Shown in pieces: positions 19,201 through 29,324 of a DNA stretch of 64,000 nucleotides; within the stretch, counting starts at the first letter, position 1, and each line of letters starts with the position of its first letter. Source of the stretch: a virus (taxonomy: Duplodnaviria > Caudoviricetes). A program made the position numbers and the translations under genes. The notes below the pieces were generated by a model that saw only the letters and a list, made by a program, of their open reading frames with translations, made no database searches and had not been told where the DNA came from. Location: the IMG/VR virus record IMGVR_UViG_3300042477_000769. One strand, 5' to 3'.

Positions 19201-19228
19201 TCATAATACTTACCTATAAAGATATAAT

Positions 19229-22200
19229 ATGACTGACTTTGTCTCGTTACATAATCAGACGGATTTCTCTATTCTTGATTCTTTAATGTCCCCCAAAGCA
19301 CTCTTTAATCGAGCCAAAGAATTGGGCCAATCTGCAGTCGCAGTCACAGATCACGGCACACTAGCCGGAGCCTGGGATTCCTTAAAAGCTTCCCGAGAGA
19401 CTGGCGTTAAACTTATTATGGGCTGTGAAATCTACTTTGTAGAAGATGCCCAAAATATTACCGATAAATTTAGACATTTAACCCTGTTAGCTAAAAATGC
19501 TAATGGTTATAAGAACTTACTCACTCTCAATAAAAAGGGCTTTGATCAGGGCTCTTTTATTGGCAAGAGAGTATATCCTATTGTCGATTGGAAGTTGTTA
19601 GAACAATGTTATAACGGGCTAATTTGTCTCACTGGTTGTGGCAATGGAATCATTAGCCAATTATTAATGAATAAAAAGTTTGATGAAGTAGAAACTACTG
19701 TCCTGAAACTGAAACAGTTATTTGGAGATAATTTAGGCATTGAAATTCTTCCCAATAATATGAAGCGGGGCTCTAATATTTATAATGATGAAATTGATCA
19801 ACAATTTCTCAATATGAAGCTGATTAATTTGGGCAAAACACACAATATTAAAATTGTGCCCACCTGCAATGCTCATTATGTGAAGAAAGAAGATCATGAT
19901 ATTCATGATGTTTTTCTAGCTATTGGTTCTCATCAACCAAAATATTCTAATTTTAGAATTAAATATAATGTACCAGATTTTTATCTTAAATCTGCCGAAG
20001 AAGTTAAAAACTTCTTTGCTAGAAATCATGGCGAAGAATTAGCAGAAGAATGGTGTAATAATACGGTATATTTCGCCAATTTATGCGAAACTCCAGATTG
20101 GATTGACCCTAAATACTCTAATCCTTCTGGAAAAGAATTACCGATCTTCCCGGTCAAAGATGAGACAGATTATCCTGAATTTGTACACTGGCTGGAACTT
20201 CAACCGCCAGAAGTTAAATTATTAGATATTGATAAACAATATTTGAGATTTAAATGTCAAGCCGCTTTTTCCTCTCGTATTAAGGATTTATCTCCTGATA
20301 ATATGGAAAACTATCAACAGCGCTTGTTAGAAGAGCTAGATGTTATTGAATATCATGGCTTTTCTAGCTACATGTTAATTGTGGCAGATTATATTAATTG
20401 GGCTCGTCGTAATGAGATTGCCGTAGGAGAAGGTCGAGGCTGCCTCACGGGTGATACCCAAGTCTTAACTACTCAAGGATTTAAATTAATCAAAGACCTG
20501 TCTGTGACAGATACTGTGTTTAGTCATACTGGAAATATGAAAACTATTTCTAAATTATTTAAATTTGACGTATCCAATGAAAAATTATTAAAGTTTAAAA
20601 CACAGCAATCGTTTACGGACCTCACCATGACTTCGGATCATAAGGTGCTAATTGCTAAATCTCAAGATTTAGATAAATATTATTTTTACCCACCTAAAAA
20701 AGTTAAAGGTAAAATTAAAAGCTTTAATCCCCACTTGGAATGGGTGCCGGCTCACCAAATAAAAGTAGGAGATTATTTCTTTACTCCTAAATTAAATCGT
20801 TCCATTGACAACTTATCAGATATTGATCTTGCTCAATACAGCGACTCAATCATAGAAAATGATTTTATTGTCAGCAAAATTTACTTTACTAGCCCCCTCT
20901 CTTTACGCGCTTTACATAAAGTATCTCCAATCAGCTTTGAAAGTTTGAGAAAAATCAAAAATAACAAACCTATTGCTGATACACAAATTAATTTACTTCA
21001 ACAATACCTGTCTTCTACTGGGTCGTCTCTTCAAGATTTTGTCAATCATAAAAACTATAAATATAGCCGAATTCAAAGATTTATTAAAATTGATAATGAT
21101 TTCGCTTATTTATTAGGCCGATGGATCGGTGATGGATCCTTTCATGGAAATAAAGGGATTTCTATCTGTTTTAATAGTAAAGATATCGTAGGTCGAGAAA
21201 AAATAAAATCCTATCTCACTAAACTAGGATTTTATGTCTGCCAAGAAAATAGAAAAAATAATAATACCTTATTAACTGTTTCTAATAAGGCTATGTATTC
21301 TTTATTTAAAGAATTATTTCCGAATTATCATAGTTCTCAAACTAAACATATGCCAAATATTTTTCGTTTATTTTCTGATGAACTAATTCGTCATCTGTTA
21401 TTAGGATTATTAGAATCAGATGGTTGTGTTAATAATTATGAAAAAATAAAAACTACTAGCCAAACTTTAGCTCTGCAAGTAAAAGAAGCGTTAAATTATT
21501 TATCACTCCCCTCCTCTATTTATACAGAAGAAAACCCGAAAAGATATCAAGTAGCTACCTCTACTGCTTTTACCATTGCTTTTAATGGAATTAAAACTAA
21601 ACCTAATCCACATATCCACCGAACAAATCAAGGTTTTTATAGTAAAGTAGTTAGTATAGTGGAAACTACTGCTGATTTTGTCTATGATTTTACTGTTCCA
21701 GATGATCATAGCTATCTTACTACCAGTGGAATAGTTCATAATAGTGTAGGAGGCTCTTTAATTGCTTTCTTACTAGGAATTCATCAAGCAGACCCGATTA
21801 AGTATGATCTGATTTTTGCTCGATTTCATAATAAGGAGAAGAGCAGCTTTCCGGATATAGACACCGACTTCGCCCCCTCAGGTCGCGAAAAAGTCCAAGC
21901 CTATGTTCGCCAAAAATATGGAGAGGAACACGTAGCCCACGTCTCTAACGTTAATACTATTACCCCCAAGGTGTATGTTCGCGATATTGCGAGAGCCTGC
22001 GAATTAGGCGGCTCCAGAGAAGAAGCCGTTCGGATTGGTAATGATGTTGCCGATTGCATTCCATCAGATATTCATTCCATTGATGATGCGTTAGCTAAAG
22101 TTCCATTATTTGCTGAATATTGTAAAAAATATCCAGAATTAGAAAAGTATAAAAGCATTTGCGGAAAATATCGAGCTTGGTCTACTCATGCCGGAGGAAT

Positions 22201-23215
22201 TATTATTTCTGCCCGACCACTAACCGGATTAATTCCCCTGAGACGAGATAAAGATGGTGCCCTAGCTATTGAATATGATAAAGATAAAGCAGAAGAAAAC
22301 GGTCTAGTTAAAATGGATACTTTAGGTCTCTCCACTTTAGATATTATTGGAGAAACTTATCGTATTATTAAAGAACGCGGCAAAGAAGTGCCTCCCGATC
22401 AATTAGATTATGATGTTCATGATGCTCCTTCTTATGATTTGATTGCTAATGGCGATACCTTTTGCGTCTTTCAATTAGGGACTAGTGCTGGTACCGTAGA
22501 CTTATGCCGTCGAATTAAACCAGATAGTATCAATGATTTAGCCAATATTAATGCCTTGGCCCGACCCTCCGCTCGTGAGATGAGAAATGATTTCATTAAA
22601 ACTAAAAATGGAGGTAAGCCGGTTGCTTTATTGCATTCTAAATTAGCTCGAGCTTTTAATAGTACTTATGGCTTCGGATTATATGAAGAATGTTTAATGT
22701 ATCTGGCTCAAGATATTGCTGGTTGGAGCTTGCACTCAGCTGATAGATTAAGAAAATTAACTAAAGAAAAAGGTAAGAATCCTAAAAAGGTCCAACAATG
22801 GAAAGCAGAATTTATTGCTGATTCTGTTAAAATGGGCGTTCAAGAATTAATTGCTCAACGTATATGGAGTGAGGTAATTGAGCCTTTCCAGGGATATGGG
22901 TTCAACCGTTCCTTGTCCCTTTTTGAAATGATTGATATATATTCTAATGATGGTAGATTTATAAAGTCTAAACCTATAGGAGAAGTAAAACCAGGAGAAT
23001 ATGTGCGTTCACGAGATGAAGCTACTCAAAAAGAGATTTTTGTCGAAGTAAAGGCGAATCATGATCATGGTATTTTACCTTTAGTAGAGGTAGAATTAGA
23101 AACCGGCGAAACAGTCAAATGTACTATGGATCATAAGTTTAGAATTCAAGAAAATAAAGAGATGGTGCCATTATGGCAAATCTTAAGAGACAATTTATCA
23201 ATAGTGTTAGGTTAA
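19229..23215 (+). CDS. dnaE: DNA polymerase III alpha (DnaE) N-terminal part, with one cis intein and a C-terminal split-intein N-half
   Basis: PHP (LHNQT, TDHG), GRG|SVGGSL, FPDIDTDF, KMDTLGL, LYEE, FQGYGFNR. Confidence 0.95.
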   Translation: MTDFVSLHNQTDFSILDSLMSPKALFNRAKELGQSAVAVTDHGTLAGAWDSLKASRETGVKLIMGCEIYFVEDAQNITDKFRHLTLLAKNANGYKNLLTLNKKGFDQGSFIGKRVYPIVDWKLLEQCYNGLICLTGCGNGIISQLLMNKKFDEVETTVLKLKQLFGDNLGIEILPNNMKRGSNIYNDEIDQQFLNMKLINLGKTHNIKIVPTCNAHYVKKEDHDIHDVFLAIGSHQPKYSNFRIKYNVPDFYLKSAEEVKNFFARNHGEELAEEWCNNTVYFANLCETPDWIDPKYSNPSGKELPIFPVKDETDYPEFVHWLELQPPEVKLLDIDKQYLRFKCQAAFSSRIKDLSPDNMENYQQRLLEELDVIEYHGFSSYMLIVADYINWARRNEIAVGEGRGCLTGDTQVLTTQGFKLIKDLSVTDTVFSHTGNMKTISKLFKFDVSNEKLLKFKTQQSFTDLTMTSDHKVLIAKSQDLDKYYFYPPKKVKGKIKSFNPHLEWVPAHQIKVGDYFFTPKLNRSIDNLSDIDLAQYSDSIIENDFIVSKIYFTSPLSLRALHKVSPISFESLRKIKNNKPIADTQINLLQQYLSSTGSSLQDFVNHKNYKYSRIQRFIKIDNDFAYLLGRWIGDGSFHGNKGISICFNSKDIVGREKIKSYLTKLGFYVCQENRKNNNTLLTVSNKAMYSLFKELFPNYHSSQTKHMPNIFRLFSDELIRHLLLGLLESDGCVNNYEKIKTTSQTLALQVKEALNYLSLPSSIYTEENPKRYQVATSTAFTIAFNGIKTKPNPHIHRTNQGFYSKVVSIVETTADFVYDFTVPDDHSYLTTSGIVHNSVGGSLIAFLLGIHQADPIKYDLIFARFHNKEKSSFPDIDTDFAPSGREKVQAYVRQKYGEEHVAHVSNVNTITPKVYVRDIARACELGGSREEAVRIGNDVADCIPSDIHSIDDALAKVPLFAEYCKKYPELEKYKSICGKYRAWSTHAGGIIISARPLTGLIPLRRDKDGALAIEYDKDKAEENGLVKMDTLGLSTLDIIGETYRIIKERGKEVPPDQLDYDVHDAPSYDLIANGDTFCVFQLGTSAGTVDLCRRIKPDSINDLANINALARPSAREMRNDFIKTKNGGKPVALLHSKLARAFNSTYGFGLYEECLMYLAQDIAGWSLHSADRLRKLTKEKGKNPKKVQQWKAEFIADSVKMGVQELIAQRIWSEVIEPFQGYGFNRSLSLFEMIDIYSNDGRFIKSKPIGEVKPGEYVRSRDEATQKEIFVEVKANHDHGILPLVEVELETGETVKCTMDHKFRIQENKEMVPLWQILRDNLSIVLG
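20441..21742 (+). other. cis intein with LAGLIDADG endonuclease (434 aa) in dnaE at GRG|S
   Basis: C1 CLTGDTQV, block B MTSDH, LLGRWIGDG and LLGLLESDG, C-terminal VYDFTV...GIVHN then Ser+1. Confidence 0.93.
22910..23212 (+). other. split intein N-fragment (101 aa), Ser1
   Basis: SLSLFEMI block A, block B KCTMDHKF, ends at the stop codon. Confidence 0.85.
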
Positions 23216-23216
23216 A

Positions 23217-24431
23217 ATGGGAAATGTCAGCAAACCAATAGATTATTATCTTCAAAAAATTCCAGAACCATTTAGATCAAATGTTTCTTTAATGGAAGAC
23301 TATCAAGGTAATAGAACTAAAATATCTTTTAATTTTTCATGTGGGTGTCAGATACAAGAACAATTTAAGGTTTTTCTTAAGAGGCCGCGATTTGATTTTT
23401 GCACCTCATGTGCTAAGAAAAATAGTCAAACTTATAGTTGTCAGTATTGCTGTCAAGAATTTACTGTGCAACGACATTTGGAAAATTGTCAGCAAAAATG
23501 CCAAAATAAATATGCACAACTCATTTTGGGTACAGATTATGTAATTTGCCAGATTTGTAATTTACATGCAAGAAGTCTAGGGGCACATGTTACTAAGAAG
23601 CACAATATATCTCATAAAGAATATCGTGAAAAATATGGAAGTTTAATTTGCACTGAGGCTTCTAAAAATTATAAAGAAAGCGGTCAATATAATAGAGAGT
23701 GGATTACTCGTGCTCATTTAAATGGCACAGATTTAACCGAATATAGAAAAAAGTTATCTACAGCTGTTAAAGAGGCAATAATGTCAAATCCGGAAGAACG
23801 AAAAAGACGTTCCGAGTTAATGGCTACTATTAATAAAACAGAGAATATGCGGATTAAATCTTCTAAATCGGCCAAAATAACCTCTGCTAAACCAGAAATT
23901 TTAGAAAAAAGAACTAAGCAATTACAAAAATGGAGAGAAGAAAACCCAGAGTTATTTTATAACCAATGTACCGCTCCAATGATTAAATCATTTCAAAGTA
24001 AACCAGAAAGAATATTATTTAATTATTTCTCGCAATTAAAACCTTTTAATTTTAAAAGAAACCAATTTATAAAATCTAAGTATTTTACTAATTTTTCTAA
24101 GAAGAAACAAGTAGATATAATTGATTTGGATAATAGAATTTATATAGAGTTTGATGGTAAAGTTCATTTTAAGCCTATTTTTGGCGATTCTGTTCTCTTA
24201 AAAACTAAATTAAGAGATCAAGAATTAGAAAAAGTTATTACATCTAACAATTGGATTCTAATTAGAATTAGCTACGATCAATTTGTTTATACTACTAAAA
24301 ATATTAATAAAATTAAACATGATGCATCTTATTTCAAACCAGAAAGCCTTCAACAAATAGAAGCAATACTTAAATCAAAGCAACCAGGTGTTTACAAAAT
24401 CGGAGAGGCATATAATAGCTCAAAATCATGA
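23217..24431 (+). CDS. free-standing Vsr/DUF559-like homing endonuclease between the split dnaE halves
   Basis: Zinc fingers (CQICNL..LGAHVTKKH), basic repeats, C-terminal QVDI......IEFDGKVHF...RDQ......ILIRIS; ATGA overlap with the next gene. Confidence 0.8.
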   Translation: MGNVSKPIDYYLQKIPEPFRSNVSLMEDYQGNRTKISFNFSCGCQIQEQFKVFLKRPRFDFCTSCAKKNSQTYSCQYCCQEFTVQRHLENCQQKCQNKYAQLILGTDYVICQICNLHARSLGAHVTKKHNISHKEYREKYGSLICTEASKNYKESGQYNREWITRAHLNGTDLTEYRKKLSTAVKEAIMSNPEERKRRSELMATINKTENMRIKSSKSAKITSAKPEILEKRTKQLQKWREENPELFYNQCTAPMIKSFQSKPERILFNYFSQLKPFNFKRNQFIKSKYFTNFSKKKQVDIIDLDNRIYIEFDGKVHFKPIFGDSVLLKTKLRDQELEKVITSNNWILIRISYDQFVYTTKNINKIKHDASYFKPESLQQIEAILKSKQPGVYKIGEAYNSSKS

Positions 24432-25666
24432 CTAATATTAAAACTATTAAATACATTGGCAATCATGCTACGTGTGATTTGGAAGTAGATCATCCGGATC
24501 ATCAATTCTACTTATCGAATGGAATGTTAACCTCAAACTCTCATGCGGTCTTATATTCCATGACCAGTTATAAGACTTCTTATTTAAAGGCCCATTATCC
24601 GGTTGAGTTTTTATTGGCTAATTTAATGGCCGAAGTAAAATCTAATGCTCCAGATGCAGGGAGTAATATCAATAAAATTAAGAAAGAATTAAAAGCACAC
24701 AAGGTTAAGATTTCTCCTCCGGATATTAATTCGTCTAATTTGACTTATACTATTTCTGAAGGTAATAAATTATTAACCGGTTTAGATTCTTTAAAATTCG
24801 TGGGAGACGATGCGATTAAAGATATTATTCAAAAACGTCCTTTCAAAAGCTTTTTTGATTTCATGCATCGAGTGGATTCCAAAAAAGTCAGAGCTAATAG
24901 TATTCAAGCCTTAGCGGCAGCTGGTGCCTTAGAAAAATTTGGTATCCCTAGAAAGCTTATTTTCTTATATTGTTCAGATTTTAGAAAGAAATTACAAGTT
25001 TGGTTAAAGAAACATGACCCTCAACAAGAAGAGTTTATTTATCCTTGGCCTTCGGAACCGGATTGGTCATTGTCAGAACAATATGCGTTAGAGCAATATT
25101 ATTTAGGAGAATCTTTTATTTGTAAAGCGCCTGAGGCGTATGGTAAGTTTTTCAAAAGCCCTCATCATGTTATTTATGAAATTAAAAAAGCTAACAACAA
25201 AACCAAGATTTCGCCCATTAAAGGAATAGTTAAAGATTTCTTCGAATTCAAAGTTAAAAAAGAGACAAGTAGTTATTATGGTCAATCTATGGTGAAAGCT
25301 ATTATTGAAGATAAAGAAGGAGACCAATGCTCTTGTACTATTTTTCCAGATCGTTGGCAATTAATACAGAAACGATTAAAAGAATTAAATAGCAAAGCTA
25401 TATTTGATGTTGGCTTGGCTTTAAGTTTTTCTGGCAGTGTTAATACTTATGAAGATGAAGTTGGCATTATTTTAGAAGAATTATTAGATATTTCTCCAAT
25501 TCCAGCTTTACCTACTGATTTAAAAGCCAAGCGAGTCAATTTAAAGGAAGCTAAATTAAAAAATAAAGAGCCGGTGACTGAGGCGAAAAATGTTTTGGAT
25601 GAAATTGAAGATTTATTATATGATGAGGGTCTAATTGATTTAGATACCGATCCGGATAACGATTAA
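24428..25666 (+). CDS. dnaE: DnaE C-terminal part preceded by a 37-aa split-intein C-fragment (24428-24538)
   Basis: MTNIKTIKYIG...TCDLEV...HQFYLSNGMLTSN|SHAVLYS..SYKTSYLKAHYPVEF; PPDINSS, HhH region, OB-fold tail. Confidence 0.93.
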   Translation: MTNIKTIKYIGNHATCDLEVDHPDHQFYLSNGMLTSNSHAVLYSMTSYKTSYLKAHYPVEFLLANLMAEVKSNAPDAGSNINKIKKELKAHKVKISPPDINSSNLTYTISEGNKLLTGLDSLKFVGDDAIKDIIQKRPFKSFFDFMHRVDSKKVRANSIQALAAAGALEKFGIPRKLIFLYCSDFRKKLQVWLKKHDPQQEEFIYPWPSEPDWSLSEQYALEQYYLGESFICKAPEAYGKFFKSPHHVIYEIKKANNKTKISPIKGIVKDFFEFKVKKETSSYYGQSMVKAIIEDKEGDQCSCTIFPDRWQLIQKRLKELNSKAIFDVGLALSFSGSVNTYEDEVGIILEELLDISPIPALPTDLKAKRVNLKEAKLKNKEPVTEAKNVLDEIEDLLYDEGLIDLDTDPDND

Positions 25667-25743
25667 TTATAATAATTGCGCGGTGATATATTACTCTAGT
25701 AATCCTAGAATAATTAGAGCGATCGTTGACCTAAGGAAAAATA

Positions 25744-26547
25744 ATGAAATGTATATCGTGTGAAATTGAAATCAATCCTAAATGGGCGCATGCTATTGAT
25801 GTTAATATTTGCCCCTTTTGTGGGCAACATATTATGGAGGAGCATTTAAAAAACTTATTTGGCTCATTGCGTCAAACCATGGAAAGTTTAGTTGCTTATC
25901 CAGAAGCATTAAATGACTGGATGTTATCTAATTACTCGTATATTAAAACGGATTCGGAAGACATCATTAAATATGTACCTAAAGATCTAATTAAAAACAG
26001 TCATTATCATGCGGCTTCTGATCGAAAAGACTCTCAAAAATTCACGGTTAAAGTGGCCACCGAGCAAGGAGAGGAAGAGGTCATGGTAGAGAAGATTCAG
26101 CCAGAAGAAAAAACCAATGACTTTTTTAAGAGAGCGGAAGTAATTAAGCATAATGTGTTGCCGGCCGAAAAAACTCAGCATTTAAAAGCTTTAGCTCAAC
26201 AAATTAAAAAGGCAGGATCTCAAGGACTAACGACTAGCAATCACAACATGGTATTATCTCCAGAATTAATGGAAAATGCTGATCCAGAGGCCATTGCAGA
26301 ATATCAGCAATTAGTTTCTAATAATATGATTGGGTCATCCATTACTTCTAATGATTTAGATAGTGATGATTTGCCGGGAGGCGATTTTATTTTGCAAGCT
26401 AATTTAATGGCAGCGGCTACCAAAAATGGTAATAATAGAGATGGTGCTAATGCTAAAGATTTAGCCGCTTTGCAAAAAATGCAAGCTGGATTATCAGAAT
26501 CCAGAAAAAATTTGCTAACTGGCGCGAAAGGGTCTTTTCGTCGATAA
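25744..26547 (+). CDS. hypothetical protein with N-terminal zinc ribbon
   Basis: CISC...CPFC. Confidence 0.7.
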   Translation: MKCISCEIEINPKWAHAIDVNICPFCGQHIMEEHLKNLFGSLRQTMESLVAYPEALNDWMLSNYSYIKTDSEDIIKYVPKDLIKNSHYHAASDRKDSQKFTVKVATEQGEEEVMVEKIQPEEKTNDFFKRAEVIKHNVLPAEKTQHLKALAQQIKKAGSQGLTTSNHNMVLSPELMENADPEAIAEYQQLVSNNMIGSSITSNDLDSDDLPGGDFILQANLMAAATKNGNNRDGANAKDLAALQKMQAGLSESRKNLLTGAKGSFRR

Positions 26548-26554
26548 TAGGTGA

Positions 26555-26923
26555 ATGATGTCAATTCATATTGTAAATAATAAAAAGTTAGAGATGACCG
26601 ATGATGAATGGGCCATGTATCAAAAGATTGTAAAATCTTATACTACTGCTACTAATAAAGGCGAAGATCTATTTATAGATCTATTTGAAACAGATGATAA
26701 TGGAATTATCATTTTTCTCAAACCTCCGTCTCGATTTAGAACCTCTTTTGAGGTATTCTTATTTTTGATGGCTTTATTTCAGCATCAACATTTAAGATTA
26801 ATGTATCAACAAGTAGGTGAAATCTCTCAGCAAATGAAAAATAAAATTCAAGAATTAAATCAATTGCAGGAAAAATTAGCTAAGAATCTACCTCATTCGT
26901 TAGAATTAGATTCTAGAAATTAA
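26555..26923 (+). CDS. hypothetical protein
   Basis: 122-aa ORF. Confidence 0.65.
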   Translation: MMSIHIVNNKKLEMTDDEWAMYQKIVKSYTTATNKGEDLFIDLFETDDNGIIIFLKPPSRFRTSFEVFLFLMALFQHQHLRLMYQQVGEISQQMKNKIQELNQLQEKLAKNLPHSLELDSRN

Positions 26924-26932
26924 GGGTTACAT

Positions 26933-27436
26933 ATGAGCCATACAGTAAGACTTGGTGATTTTTTAGGGACAGAATTAGAAGAAGATTTTATTAATTTTGA
27001 TTTTACCGAAATACAGAAAGTATTAACACATTTACAAGAGACAGATGCTTTGGACTTAGTTCATGCCGAGTTTTTACAACAGCAAGCGTTGCGAGGAGCG
27101 GATATTGTTTCTGAATATCTCGGCAAGATTATTAAAACAGTTGGATATTTAGAGGCTAAAGTTAATAGAACTAAAAATAAAGTCTCTTTAGAATATAAAG
27201 CTCCGGATGGAGAGCGAACTACTTTAGACATGAAAAAATGGGCCGGAGAGTCTTCTCTAGAGGTAGAAGAGGTTCAGATTAAATTAGCCAAAGCTAAAGC
27301 TTCTAAAATTGTATTGGAAAAAAAATATGATATTCTGATTAGAAGTCATCATCACTATAAAGATATTGCTCAGGGATTAAGAAGAACTGTCTTAGGATAT
27401 AATTCTACTACTAAAATTCCCGAAGGATATGAGTAG
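26933..27436 (+). CDS. coiled-coil protein, possibly a UvsY-like recombination mediator
   Basis: Size, helical pattern and position directly before the RecA/UvsX gene; function is an inference. Confidence 0.45.
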   Translation: MSHTVRLGDFLGTELEEDFINFDFTEIQKVLTHLQETDALDLVHAEFLQQQALRGADIVSEYLGKIIKTVGYLEAKVNRTKNKVSLEYKAPDGERTTLDMKKWAGESSLEVEEVQIKLAKAKASKIVLEKKYDILIRSHHHYKDIAQGLRRTVLGYNSTTKIPEGYE

Positions 27437-29324
27437 AATTGCTAAATTAACTGATGCTATCTTAGATGCTCGACTCCCATCTTCCATTAAAAGAATAGAT
27501 TCAGTCATTACTGCTAAAACAAAAATTACTTTTCAATGCGCACTATGTGATTATCAGTGGCTAGCTAAACCTGATAATATCTTGCATGGCAAAGGCTGCC
27601 CAGCCTGTGCCAAGTCGCTCCCTTTATCTAATGAAATTGTAGACCAACGTTTACTAGGTCGGCCGACGCAAAGAGTCGGAGACTATATTAATAGTCGAAC
27701 TAAAATCTGGTTTAGTTGCAAAAAGTGTCATTATCAATGGTTAACCACCCCACATACTATCTTAATTGATCAATGTGATTGCCCCAAATGTCACAAGTTA
27801 AGAAAAAACGAAACACTAATTAATGATCTATTGATTAACTTAAATATTAAGTTTGAAACTCAAAAAGATATTCGGGCTTTTAATAATCAAGAAGTTAACA
27901 AATATTATGTTGATTTTTATGTGCCAGAGTTGCGTTTAATTATTGAATATAATGGTCATCAGCATTATGCTCCCGTTCGTTTTGGTAATAGATCGCTAGC
28001 TAAGTCAACTCAAGCCTTTCAAAAACAACAAATTAGAGATAATTATCTTCGGTCTTTTTGCTTTAATAATAACCTGAATTTATTAGAAATTGATGGCCGA
28101 CGGTATTATTCAAATAAATTAACCACGTATTTAACAAAATTACTAACTGATATAGAAGGAAGCATGAAAAATTACGATTCTTTTTTTAAAACATACTCTG
28201 ACAACGAAGAACAATTAGACTTTAAAATGGCGCATGAAACGGTAGGAGAAAAGCTACCCGTTATTTCAACGGGATCATTTATTTTAGATGATGCTTTATC
28301 TTCTGGAGGATTGCCAGAAGGCAGACTCATTCAATACTATGGCGCTCCGGGTAGTGGTAAAACCTTATTAGCCATGTTAGCTATTAAGGAAGCTCAGCAA
28401 CAAAATCCTTCAGCAGACCAGGTATTTATTGATGCGGAACAGACGTTTTCGCCTACTTGGGCAGAATCTCTAGGATTAGATACTTCTCGTATTATTTTGA
28501 TTCAAGGCGATACGGCAGTCAATGGTCGTAAATGTTTTGAAATGTTATTAGGGGTACCGAAAGAAGATGTGAGAACGCATACCTTAAAAGGTCAGGCTAA
28601 AGATGGTTTGTTAGATAAGGTGGCGAATAAGGAGTTTGATATTAATTTGATTGTGCTGGACTCGTTGGGCTCTATTATTCCCCCCGGAGAAGACATCTCC
28701 GCCGTTGGCAAAATGAACATCTCCCTCCTAGCCCGCTTCTTAACCACCACCTTCCGCAAGCTATCTTTAGCTCTTTCTAAAACCAATTGCCCATTAATTA
28801 TCATTAATCATAAGAAAACCAGCATGGATCCTTATGGTTCCGATCATACTTTTTCTGGTGGCAATACTTATGCTCACTTCTTGAGTGCTAACGTCTATTT
28901 TGAACCTGTCAATCGGGCTGATGCTAAAATTTTAGATGAAAAAGAAAACAAAATTGGGCAAACCATTCGAGCTACGATCGAAAAGTCTAAATTTGGTCCT
29001 TGGCCACGCAAGTGTGAATTTAAAGTAGATTTTGGTATTGGAGTCATTGATAAGCATGAAGAAATTGCCACCTTAGCTTTAGATTATAATGTAGTGCAAA
29101 AACCCACTAGTGTGACTCATGAATATGGAGAGCGAAAATGGGTTGGTTTTGCTAAGTTTTGCGAAGCTATTCAATCTGATGGTGAGTTAGCGGCAGAATT
29201 ATTAGCTAAGATTAATCATGCTCGAGATTCTAAGTTAGAAACTAAGAGATTAGAGCAAGAAGCTAAAAAAGCCGAAAGTTTAGAGAAGGCTGGAAAATCG
29301 AAAAAAGGTAAAAAAGATGACTGA
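27429..29324 (+). CDS. recA: RecA/UvsX-like recombinase (from about 28164) fused in frame behind a 245-aa zinc-ribbon plus PD-(D/E)XK homing endonuclease
   Basis: RecA: STGS..LD.AL..GGLP.GR, GAPGSGKT, FIDAE, VLDSL, IINH, SGG; N-part: four CxxC and VDFY....IIEYNGHQHY. Confidence 0.9.
   Translation: MSRIAKLTDAILDARLPSSIKRIDSVITAKTKITFQCALCDYQWLAKPDNILHGKGCPACAKSLPLSNEIVDQRLLGRPTQRVGDYINSRTKIWFSCKKCHYQWLTTPHTILIDQCDCPKCHKLRKNETLINDLLINLNIKFETQKDIRAFNNQEVNKYYVDFYVPELRLIIEYNGHQHYAPVRFGNRSLAKSTQAFQKQQIRDNYLRSFCFNNNLNLLEIDGRRYYSNKLTTYLTKLLTDIEGSMKNYDSFFKTYSDNEEQLDFKMAHETVGEKLPVISTGSFILDDALSSGGLPEGRLIQYYGAPGSGKTLLAMLAIKEAQQQNPSADQVFIDAEQTFSPTWAESLGLDTSRIILIQGDTAVNGRKCFEMLLGVPKEDVRTHTLKGQAKDGLLDKVANKEFDINLIVLDSLGSIIPPGEDISAVGKMNISLLARFLTTTFRKLSLALSKTNCPLIIINHKKTSMDPYGSDHTFSGGNTYAHFLSANVYFEPVNRADAKILDEKENKIGQTIRATIEKSKFGPWPRKCEFKVDFGIGVIDKHEEIATLALDYNVVQKPTSVTHEYGERKWVGFAKFCEAIQSDGELAAELLAKINHARDSKLETKRLEQEAKKAESLEKAGKSKKGKKDD

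Noticed and set aside
23213-24431. dnaE break as a pseudogene or group I intron
   Set aside because: Complementary IntN and IntC halves restore the conserved motif exactly; no intron core elements seen
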